In this document: positions 27,940 to 36,217 of the stretch, in pieces | Position numbering within the stretch: the stretch's first letter is position 1 | Layout of the letters: every line of letters starts with the position of its first letter | Virus record (IMG/VR): IMGVR_UViG_3300035228_001078 | Length of the DNA stretch: 64,000 bases | Strand: one strand, 5' to 3' | Source of the DNA: a virus | Notes under the pieces: model-generated | What the model saw: only the letters and a program-made list of their open reading frames with translations | What the model was told of the DNA's origin: nothing | Database searches by the model: none | Program-made: the position numbers and the translations under genes

Positions 27940-28287
27940 ATCTGAATCAAAGTGTTGCGTTGAGAACTCAAACAACTCAGAGTCATCCAACGCAATCATT
28001 TGATGCCTTAGTCCAGTAGGAACATAAAACTTATCTCCAGGCTCTAAGACTGTAAGTTCTGCATTACGGAGATCATCATCCCACCCATAATATAATGAGA
28101 TGAGACCACTCTGTAAGTAGAAGGTCTCATCTTTTATTTTATGGTAATGCCATGAACATCTCTTGTTCTTCTTAATAAACAAGAGTTTGCCACAGTATTG
28201 TTCATTGTTAACGATCCACTTCTCATATCCCCATCCTTTAGGGACATATTTAATTGAAGAATTCTTCTGAGTTGATTCCTTTGTCAT
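27913..28287 (-). CDS. cupin-fold sugar isomerase-like protein
   Basis: KGWG.E.W, YCGK.L, S.HYH..KDETFY, H....EFST. Confidence 0.75.
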   Translation of the reverse strand: MTKESTQKNSSIKYVPKGWGYEKWIVNNEQYCGKLLFIKKNKRCSWHYHKIKDETFYLQSGLISLYYGWDDDLRNAELTVLEPGDKFYVPTGLRHQMIALDDSELFEFSTQHFDSDSIRIKRGD

Positions 28288-28573
28288 CGATGTAATAGTC
28301 TGCTGCAGGTTTACCTAAGAAAAGTGTGTGGTACTTACATCCCCAGGAGTTTAGTTGCTCGATAGTAAAATCGTAATACTTATCGTTAGCTTCCTTACGA
28401 TTATTTTCAAATGTTCCCATACCTCTCGCGGTATGATAGATGATCTCGTGCCCATCATCATACAATTTATTTATGATTTGAATCCTAGCCCAGCGTGGGA
28501 CAGCATGAGTATATCTACTATCTCCCTTGCCAGGGAAGCAGATCGTACCGTCAATGTCTACATTATATCTCAT
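28250..28573 (-). CDS. HAD-superfamily phosphatase
   Basis: DIDGT, HTARG, GKP.AD.YIDDK. Confidence 0.8.
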   Translation of the reverse strand: MRYNVDIDGTICFPGKGDSRYTHAVPRWARIQIINKLYDDGHEIIYHTARGMGTFENNRKEANDKYYDFTIEQLNSWGCKYHTLFLGKPAADYYIDDKGINSEEFFN

Positions 28574-29166
28574 TGTACTATATCAAATTCACATTGAACA
28601 TTAAAACTAATCGTAACACGATCTGTTACAGCTGGATCAACATAGTGATACATTTCAGAAGGAAAGATTATGATCTCACCCTCCTTTGCATAGGTTGTGC
28701 TGTGCATAAAATCTTGATAAGGTTGATTAGATCCGTTACCAAAGAAGACAGTTCTATTGTCCTCCTCTAAGTGGTAGAGATAGATTCCTGAGAAAGTTGA
28801 TGATGGATGCACATGTGGGTGATGACAATTACCACGAGTGTAATATGTGTACCAAATATCAACTAAGTTTATGTTACTTAGATCTGGCATTTCAAATGGC
28901 AGATCATCAGCACAATCAGAAATAGGATCAAACACAATATCCTTGATAAAATCTAGGTCATGTAAATGATCCATAAATGCTGACGAAGGATCGTTAGCAC
29001 CTCTGTTGTCCCAAGGAAAAGACAAATCATAAAACTGTGACTCCTTGTCAGCTTGAATCCAATCCCAAAGAACTCTTTTTATATTAGCATGATTCTTGAT
29101 CTTCTTCCTATACAGGAAAGGACCAGGGAATAAAGTTAGATCAAATGTTGAGGATTCTATCGACAT
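28570..29166 (-). CDS. 2OG-Fe(II) oxygenase (TIGR02466-like)
   Basis: W...Y, H.PHVH, SGIY, IIFPS...H.V, R.TISFN. Confidence 0.8.
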   Translation of the reverse strand: MSIESSTFDLTLFPGPFLYRKKIKNHANIKRVLWDWIQADKESQFYDLSFPWDNRGANDPSSAFMDHLHDLDFIKDIVFDPISDCADDLPFEMPDLSNINLVDIWYTYYTRGNCHHPHVHPSSTFSGIYLYHLEEDNRTVFFGNGSNQPYQDFMHSTTYAKEGEIIIFPSEMYHYVDPAVTDRVTISFNVQCEFDIVQ

Positions 29167-29935
29167 CTTCCATTCTCAAAGTGTATGTGCCTGGGTTTTG
29201 TACAGCAATTGCAGCTGCCTTGTTTGCGAAAGAAATTGCCTCTTCCATCACAGGCAATTGAACAAAGTAAAATACTAATGCAGCAAGGAATGTATCACCA
29301 GCACCTGTCACATCAAATGTTCTGACGAGATCATTGCAGGGAAATATTTTCTTATTCCATGCTGCACCATCATCCCCAAGAGTAACAATCATATTCTCTC
29401 CATTAGGAATGTTACCAGGATCTAATGCCTCAAATTCTTTCTTGTTAATTTTATAGATGATATTACTGAACTCTGTAACAAGTTTAGTTTTTTTCGTATC
29501 CACAAATATTTTAGTATTAGGATACCTGCCAGCAATATCACTGATTATTTTAGTGTCAGGAATGAATCCTTTGTTATAGTCTGAGATGATAATTGCATCG
29601 TAGGTATCATGCAACAGTGCCATCTGCAACTGAGCTGAATGTAACTCTTTTACATCAGGCTCACTGTCAACTCGAATGATCTGCTGATTACTTTTACTAT
29701 CAATAAACCTGGTCTTCTTTGCTTCTTCCTTGTTACACAAAAAAGTAACAGTAATACCAAGAGACTCTAAGTTCTGCTTGACATTACCTGCCATACCAGG
29801 AGCAGTATCTTTACCTTGCTCAATAAGAATAGGAACAGGTGCCTCTGGACTTAAGCGATCACACTCACCATAGACCCATTCATCGGTACAACTATCCCCG
29901 ATCAATAATACTTTGTATTGTTTTGCTAGTTGCAT
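29141..29935 (-). CDS. heptose-7-phosphate kinase (HldE/RfaE domain I, PfkB family)
   Basis: RLSPEAPVP, G.AGNV, SDYNKG, DVTGAGDTF. Confidence 0.9.
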   Translation of the reverse strand: MQLAKQYKVLLIGDSCTDEWVYGECDRLSPEAPVPILIEQGKDTAPGMAGNVKQNLESLGITVTFLCNKEEAKKTRFIDSKSNQQIIRVDSEPDVKELHSAQLQMALLHDTYDAIIISDYNKGFIPDTKIISDIAGRYPNTKIFVDTKKTKLVTEFSNIIYKINKKEFEALDPGNIPNGENMIVTLGDDGAAWNKKIFPCNDLVRTFDVTGAGDTFLAALVFYFVQLPVMEEAISFANKAAAIAVQNPGTYTLRMEDVDRILNI

Positions 29936-30296
29936 AATCTTCTAGTCTAGGGAAAAAATGTACTTCGGCAGAGAACATGGATCCGATGACAGACTTTCCT
30001 TCCCAGTCAGATCCTACTACCATTATGTCAGGATTTGTAACCTTTACACAGTTCTCTAGCTCTAGATCAGAGTCAAACAAGAGAACATGATCTACGGTTT
30101 TAAGACTTGAGAGCATGTATGCTCTGTCTTCGGCAGTATTTATTGGTCGTGTTGGACCCTTCTTTTCTTTTACTCTTTCGTCACTATCAATAGCGACAAC
30201 TACAACATCACCTTGGGACTTTGCATACTCCAGTAGTTCAAGATGACCACGATGGAGTATGTCAAAGGTCCCATTAACAAATACTTTCTTAGTCAT
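29892..30296 (-). CDS. heptose-1-phosphate adenylyltransferase (HldE/RfaE domain II)
   Basis: NGTFDILHRGH, DSD..V...KG..RPIN, V.GSDW. Confidence 0.88.
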   Translation of the reverse strand: MTKKVFVNGTFDILHRGHLELLEYAKSQGDVVVVAIDSDERVKEKKGPTRPINTAEDRAYMLSSLKTVDHVLLFDSDLELENCVKVTNPDIMVVGSDWEGKSVIGSMFSAEVHFFPRLEDYATSKTIQSIIDRG

Positions 30297-32103
30297 TTGA
30301 TAATGAAATCAGTTTACCATATTCGGGAAGATACAAATATTCAATCTCAGAATTTGCAAGAGTTCTACATGCATCATCCAATGTTTCTACAAGAGGTTCA
30401 CCACCGAGATTAAACGATGTGTTAAACAAGATAGGACAACCAGTTGCTTCATAAAAACAATTGATTAGATTGTAGTAGTTCTCATTCTGCTCTTCAGTTA
30501 CAGTTTGAATACGACATGTATCATCGATATGAATAATAGAAGGAATCTTTTCTTCAATTCCTGGCAAACAATTAACAGCGTACATCATATGAGGAGTCTC
30601 TTCCATGCCACGCAGATCAAACCACTCATGTACATGTTCTTTCAGAATAGATCCAGCAAAAGGACGGAAGTATTCACGCCGCTTTACTTTATTGACATGA
30701 TCTTTTCCTTTAGGATCACGAGGATCATAAACAATAGAACGATTGCCTAGAGCTCTAGGACCAGATTCAGATCTACCTTGGAACATCGCAACAATATTTT
30801 TATCAGTGATCAAATCAACTACAGTTTGATCTGTTGCTTCAGATACTTTAGCGCCATACTTATCAGAGGTGTCTACAATATCACTAAGTTTATAATTATA
30901 TTCTTTCCCAAGATATAAACTAGTTGCATAAGGACGGACCTTAGAATCACCAGTAACCCTATGATAATGAAGAAGAGCTGCACCAATAGCAGTGCCTGCA
31001 TCATTAGAAATGGGTTCAGCATATAGATTGATACCCTCGTCTTTCAGTTGATCAAGATACCAATAGTTTGCAACACAATTCAGACCATATCCACCAGAGA
31101 TAACAACATTAGATGTTTCGCTAGATTCAACTGCACTTCTAATCAAAGAAAGAACTTGTTGCTGTGATTCAGTTTGGATTTTGTATGCTAAGTCCCTACG
31201 ATTCTGCATCCTAGTCCAATCATTTCTATCAATCTCAGGATCAGTATGGAGTTCTGAGCACGCTCCCTCATTAACAAGAGACGCATTTGGATATGTTGGG
31301 GAGAGCATGTTTAGATTGGTTGGAACATATCCACCAATCTTATTTTCCTCTGAAAAGAGAGAAGGAATTTTTTCGTTTGGTTTACCATATGGAAACAGAC
31401 CCATGGTTTTCCCTGCTTCAATTGCATGGAATCCACAGTATTGAGTTACAGCTTCGTATGCTTTGACAATACCAGGTGTACAATCAATAACCATAAAAGA
31501 TGTTCCCTCTTCATCCTGATGAAGTTGAGAGTTATCAAACTGAGGATTAATTTGTGGCGGAATGCCAACACCATTACCACCTAGGTGTCTGTAAATAGGA
31601 ACAAATGATGCGGGATAATCACATCCAAATATAGATTCAGTCTCCCAGAAAGTATGACTTCTATCACCAAACTTCATTGGAATAAATGTTCCAGCACCAT
31701 CAACTACAACAGAGACTGCCTTATCAAATCCAGAACGATAAAACGCGCAAGCTGCATGTAATTTATGATGAATAGTACCATAATCAATCACCTGGTGATG
31801 ACCATCTGGAGTTTTAGATCTACGATCAATCAGTCCCAACTTCCGTGCCAGTCCTGTGTAAGGATCTTCTCCGCAATACTCAAGTCTATTACCGCTAGAA
31901 CTAATTAATTCAGTGTGTGCGACTACAAGATAGTCTAGTCTATCAGTGTACTCTAGAATCTTTGTCATCGATACTAGAGGAGCTCCATCATACTTTGCTC
32001 TAGTAAGTCTTTCTTCTTCTACTGCAAGTACAATCTCACCATCTTTTAAGAGACAAACTCCTCCATTATGTCCCCTAGTAATACCAGCAATCCATTGTGT
32101 CAT
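30289..32103 (-). CDS. carbamoyltransferase (NodU/CmcH family), second copy
   Basis: HNGG, EEERL, HH.LHA, GKTMGL, FQGRSESGPRALGNRS, RPFA, NTSFN. Confidence 0.92.
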   Translation of the reverse strand: MTQWIAGITRGHNGGVCLLKDGEIVLAVEEERLTRAKYDGAPLVSMTKILEYTDRLDYLVVAHTELISSSGNRLEYCGEDPYTGLARKLGLIDRRSKTPDGHHQVIDYGTIHHKLHAACAFYRSGFDKAVSVVVDGAGTFIPMKFGDRSHTFWETESIFGCDYPASFVPIYRHLGGNGVGIPPQINPQFDNSQLHQDEEGTSFMVIDCTPGIVKAYEAVTQYCGFHAIEAGKTMGLFPYGKPNEKIPSLFSEENKIGGYVPTNLNMLSPTYPNASLVNEGACSELHTDPEIDRNDWTRMQNRRDLAYKIQTESQQQVLSLIRSAVESSETSNVVISGGYGLNCVANYWYLDQLKDEGINLYAEPISNDAGTAIGAALLHYHRVTGDSKVRPYATSLYLGKEYNYKLSDIVDTSDKYGAKVSEATDQTVVDLITDKNIVAMFQGRSESGPRALGNRSIVYDPRDPKGKDHVNKVKRREYFRPFAGSILKEHVHEWFDLRGMEETPHMMYAVNCLPGIEEKIPSIIHIDDTCRIQTVTEEQNENYYNLINCFYEATGCPILFNTSFNLGGEPLVETLDDACRTLANSEIEYLYLPEYGKLISLSND

Positions 32104-33098
32104 TTTCCAAATCCTTTAGGTTCACAGCAAGAAGGAGTCATAACCTTCTGGGGTTCTTTCGTTACATCACGGAACTTTGGTTTACCAAGTCTCTTACGGC
32201 ATGAAGAAACGACTTTATCGTATACATCCTTAGACATATTCATACACTCATCATTCATCATGTCCTGATAGTCTTCCATCGTCAATCTAATTGGCGAGAA
32301 TGTTCTATCATTCTCACCAACATCAATTATATCAAATGTAGAATCTTCTGGGTATGAAATGTTAACAGGATAGGTAGAACCAATCACAGCTGTTACAGAT
32401 GTTTCTGTGCTCTTAGCAATGTGTTGTCCTACAGAATCACATCCAACAAAATGATCTGCATTCTGAATGATACCAGCCCAAACTCTAATATCTGCTTGTG
32501 GCCAGGCAACATGAGGAGTTTGTTCTCCAATTTGGAACTGGAACTCACTCATGATCACAACAGCATAATCTTTTCTAAGATTATTAATTAGATCTACTGC
32601 ATGAGTTGTATGAAAACTTCTAGAAGATGGATCAATAATATATTCCTGCTCTACCTGAACACCTCTACCAAATGGTTGGAAGACTACAACTTTTTCCTTG
32701 CCAGTTACATTCTTAATTTCCTCAATAGTATTAAGAGCAGTGATCGCTTCTGTTTTAGATAACTTAATGCTAGGGGAAGGAAGTTCTCTAGGTTCTGTAA
32801 TACCATTGATTTCCATATCAAAAGCTTGTGCAATATTACACTTCTGATTGTAATAATGCCACTGACGATATGGTTCTGGAGTTACACAATCCCTAGACTT
32901 GAGGTAATCCTCAAACAGATTCTTATGCCAATTGTCAAACGCATACTTATGGAGAACGGGATGCGCTTTGTAGAAATTCATTCCACCTTCGCACACGATG
33001 ATAAAGTCATCATGAGTCTCTGCATACTTTACAAATGCAGGGATAGAACAAATCACTCGACCAGCGCCGCCGTTAATGAAAAATGCTTTAGCTCTCAT
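32100..33098 (-). CDS. GT-B glycosyltransferase, GT9/heptosyltransferase-like
   Basis: GG.G..ICSIP N-terminus; I..AD.FVGCDS..QHIA motif; adjacent ADP-heptose genes; ATAAATA at 33118-33124. Confidence 0.7.
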   Translation of the reverse strand: MRAKAFFINGGAGRVICSIPAFVKYAETHDDFIIVCEGGMNFYKAHPVLHKYAFDNWHKNLFEDYLKSRDCVTPEPYRQWHYYNQKCNIAQAFDMEINGITEPRELPSPSIKLSKTEAITALNTIEEIKNVTGKEKVVVFQPFGRGVQVEQEYIIDPSSRSFHTTHAVDLINNLRKDYAVVIMSEFQFQIGEQTPHVAWPQADIRVWAGIIQNADHFVGCDSVGQHIAKSTETSVTAVIGSTYPVNISYPEDSTFDIIDVGENDRTFSPIRLTMEDYQDMMNDECMNMSKDVYDKVVSSCRKRLGKPKFRDVTKEPQKVMTPSCCEPKGFGK

Positions 33099-33124
33099 AT
33101 TATCTTGAGTAACGGGTTATTTAT

Positions 33125-33835
33125 TTACATGAATAGCACTTGTGCCATTCGATCATGGTCGGTAAACATGCCTTCAGAATACCATTGACTATGCAGTAGG
33201 TCAGCTTCATAGAGTATACATCTATTATACACCATCTTGAATTCTAATTCAACTTTCCAGGGAGATTCTGGATCTACATCAACCCAGTCTCTCAACCATC
33301 TATTTTTAGTCAGTTGATTAAACTCATGACCCATTGCTACACAATCTTCAGTGATCATGTCTGGTCTAGGAAAAGATTGTTTGCCATAATATGAATAGAG
33401 TCTTGTTCCACCCTGACATTCATCTCCTTTATTCAAATAGATTACAGATCCAAAATTAATATCAAATGAATCTTGATGAGGTATACCACCACCAACATCC
33501 ATGGTCTTAGCATTCATTATATTGCACATGAATCCAGATTTATTCCAGTTGCTTTCCCACTCCTGTTCATTAACTGGACTCTTCCATATAGGATGTTGTT
33601 TAAGCTGATCGAAGAGTGGTTTAAGATTCTCCTTAACACGAGAGTCTTCTTCATAAACTCTCCATCCAGGGAGACCTGCAATCAGATCTGGATCATCTCT
33701 ATTAGGAGAGTCGATACAATACTGTCTAACCTCATCTGGATTTTTATAGAACCCATCAATAATTAATGCGTTTCTTTTTTCTTCTCCAATCTCAGATACA
33801 ACTGTAATATCAAATTCTTTATTTAATTCAAACAT
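33125..33835 (-). CDS. 2OG-Fe(II) oxygenase-like (DUF6445-like)
   Basis: ID.FY.NP..VR, PHQD, IYLN, GGT.LY, YNR..LY...LLH, R..QV.F. Confidence 0.75.
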   Translation of the reverse strand: MFELNKEFDITVVSEIGEEKRNALIIDGFYKNPDEVRQYCIDSPNRDDPDLIAGLPGWRVYEEDSRVKENLKPLFDQLKQHPIWKSPVNEQEWESNWNKSGFMCNIMNAKTMDVGGGIPHQDSFDINFGSVIYLNKGDECQGGTRLYSYYGKQSFPRPDMITEDCVAMGHEFNQLTKNRWLRDWVDVDPESPWKVELEFKMVYNRCILYEADLLHSQWYSEGMFTDHDRMAQVLFM

Positions 33836-33837
33836 GA

Positions 33838-34473
33838 TTAGTTAATGAATGTTATGTTGCCAGCAACTGAAACTCTTTCAATATCAGGAGTTCTAAATGG
33901 AACTACTGTATGCATCAAGCTTGATGGAAATAAAAAGAAGTCTCCTCTCTTAGGTAGGAAAAACTTTCTATTGTCTTGGAATGGAGGAACAGAATCGCCA
34001 TGAACAAACATGATTGATCCAGGAATAGGTCCATTACCTACCATGTTGAATCTTTCTTTCTCTGTCTGTAGCTCATCTGGCACATCAAGATACAGAACAA
34101 AACTCAAATCACCTCTATGGTTATGTAGGGGATTATAATCATGTTGTTTTTGATAATTAATCCATAGACTATCACATTCCCAAGAAGGACTTATACGATT
34201 CTCAACATGATGAGACAATCCATCTAAGTATAAAGAGATGTAAGGCTCAATCTGTTCTTGAAACCAGAGAATATGATTGGGTGTATAGTTCCATTCATCA
34301 TGCATATCTGCAGCTAACATTCTCTCTGCATTGTACTGTGGAACATCTCTAATTTCAGATGCTCTCTCTGCTAGACCATCTAAAATACTATCTTCCGTTG
34401 TCATCTGCAATAAAAAAGGTCCCCAAGTAATCGGTTTGCACACGAATTGCCTGGGGACTTCTGTATTAATCAT
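33838..34473 (-). CDS. 2OG-Fe(II) oxygenase
   Basis: WIN, NPLHNH, SFVLYL, FPS.L.H.V.PF, R.SVAGN. Confidence 0.8.
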   Translation of the reverse strand: MINTEVPRQFVCKPITWGPFLLQMTTEDSILDGLAERASEIRDVPQYNAERMLAADMHDEWNYTPNHILWFQEQIEPYISLYLDGLSHHVENRISPSWECDSLWINYQKQHDYNPLHNHRGDLSFVLYLDVPDELQTEKERFNMVGNGPIPGSIMFVHGDSVPPFQDNRKFFLPKRGDFFLFPSSLMHTVVPFRTPDIERVSVAGNITFIN

Positions 34474-34551
34474 ATCAAACCTTGGGAGTCAAAAAATATG
34501 GGGGAAATTTTTCCCCCATCAGTGTAATTATATATTCGATTTTGTTTTGGG

Positions 34552-35274
34552 TCAGTCTGTAATTCCGTTGTTAGGACGCTCACCTGTCGTGACACCCGCT
34601 CCAAGTTGATCAGGATCAAGTGGCCAAACAACCAAGTGAGTTGCTGTACCTACACCTGCCCAGTCAGTAGGAAGATTTCTCAACTTAGTACGATAGTCTA
34701 ACCAGGGTTGCTTGACAGAATCGGGCATGTCAACAGCTGCAACTCTAGAGTCACATGCCGTCAGCATTCCATTTCTTGTGTCGCGAATCTGATCCCATCC
34801 AAAGCAGACAGTATCAGTATTGACTACTTCGCTAGGTTCATCGTGACTGAATAGAGGAGTAGACCAGCTGTTAGCTGATGTATCGTAGTAGAAAGATCTG
34901 AGATCGAAAGCTTCACTAAAGTGATAGGGATCGCAGACAGTAGGATTGGGTTCGTTAGATGGACCACACTCTACTTCATACTGTTCAGCAGGGTCTTGCC
35001 AACCCCACAGAGCCATAGCATGTAGAGGATATTGCTCCGCATCTAAGGTAACTTCTACAAATCCAGGAGGGGTAGGAACATCAGCATCGATCGTTCCGAC
35101 CTCAGCGATTCTATCATTACCATCCAGACCTGGACTAGCTGGATCCCAAATGGTTTGGATATATCTAGGACCAACATAGGTAGAGATACCAGCTTCATCT
35201 GGATCTACCTCGTCTCCCATCCATTCGGTGGGGACTGAGTAAAGTACTGTTTTTGTGATTTGTGGATTAGACAT
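34552..35274 (-). CDS. tail fibre assembly chaperone
   Basis: C-terminal W..IR..RN..L...D...PD...W..YR..LR.LP....WP. Confidence 0.8.
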   Translation of the reverse strand: MSNPQITKTVLYSVPTEWMGDEVDPDEAGISTYVGPRYIQTIWDPASPGLDGNDRIAEVGTIDADVPTPPGFVEVTLDAEQYPLHAMALWGWQDPAEQYEVECGPSNEPNPTVCDPYHFSEAFDLRSFYYDTSANSWSTPLFSHDEPSEVVNTDTVCFGWDQIRDTRNGMLTACDSRVAAVDMPDSVKQPWLDYRTKLRNLPTDWAGVGTATHLVVWPLDPDQLGAGVTTGERPNNGITD

Positions 35275-35295
35275 TGTTCTTTAGATCTCCTTTAA

Positions 35296-36129
35296 TTACT
35301 GCCAGTAGGACACAACAACGAGACCAGCGGCACCGAAGCCACCCCAGCAACATCCGCCATCGGTAAACGGCGATGTTCCGCCACCACCAGGGAACAAGGA
35401 CTGACCTTTACAGCATCCATGAGTGTTACCACCAGAGCAGTTATCCATATTGAAGTTAGTTGAGGAAGCATAAGGTCCTACACCAGGTCCAGTCCAGGAT
35501 CTGTCAGTTCCCCTGCAATACTGGTTATTATGCTTACCACCAGAAGGACCAAGGATCCCAAAGTCTCCACCAAACCAGCAGGCACAAACCTGAAGACATT
35601 TCTGGCACTGTGCAGGAGCAACACAAGAGTAGCAACCGCCACCACAGTGGTGCCATCCCCATGCTCCACCTTCAGCACAGAAGTTAGAAAGACCAGAGCC
35701 TGTTACATAACTTTTGCAACCTCGTCTACCACAACATGCTCTACTTGTACACTGTCGGCAGCAGGAACACTGTGATGTTCCCCCAGCACAAATTGTGTAG
35801 GCTGTAGATCCAGGAGTGAAATCTTTGTATGCAAACAGAGTCTTGGTTACAAATGCACCAGCTCCACCTGAAGGACCATTGGAGCAACATGCACCGATAG
35901 ATCCTGTGCCACCGCCAGAGGTCAACTCAAATCGGATACTAGTTGTAAGGGCAGGAACCGTCCAGTTCAAGCAACAACCACCATTGGAAACACTCCAATA
36001 GTTGTTATTATACAAGTAAAACTGATCAGCGATACCTGTAGAAACCCCAGTGACCTGTCCAGGACCAACTGAGTTAGCGATAATCGCCTCAGTACCTTGA
36101 ATCTGTTTATATGTCTGGTAATTAGCCAT
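35296..36129 (-). CDS. Cys/Gly-rich tail fibre-like virion protein
   Basis: MANY.TYK start, CCLNWTVP, many CC pairs, GG.G.V.VSY end; late promoter CTAAATA at 36166-36172; followed by a chaperone. Confidence 0.7.
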   Translation of the reverse strand: MANYQTYKQIQGTEAIIANSVGPGQVTGVSTGIADQFYLYNNNYWSVSNGGCCLNWTVPALTTSIRFELTSGGGTGSIGACCSNGPSGGAGAFVTKTLFAYKDFTPGSTAYTICAGGTSQCSCCRQCTSRACCGRRGCKSYVTGSGLSNFCAEGGAWGWHHCGGGCYSCVAPAQCQKCLQVCACWFGGDFGILGPSGGKHNNQYCRGTDRSWTGPGVGPYASSTNFNMDNCSGGNTHGCCKGQSLFPGGGGTSPFTDGGCCWGGFGAAGLVVVSYWQ

Positions 36130-36185
36130 TGCTTTTAATATTCTAAAGTGGTGGAATCGTAATAGTATTTAGGAAAAAGCATAAT

Positions 36186-36210
36186 AAAAAGGGGGGAGAT
36201 TGCTCTCCCC
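36186..36210 (-). terminator. intrinsic terminator
   Basis: GGGGAGAGCAATCTCCCCCC followed by TTTTT. Confidence 0.7.
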
Positions 36211-36217
36211 AGAAGAA

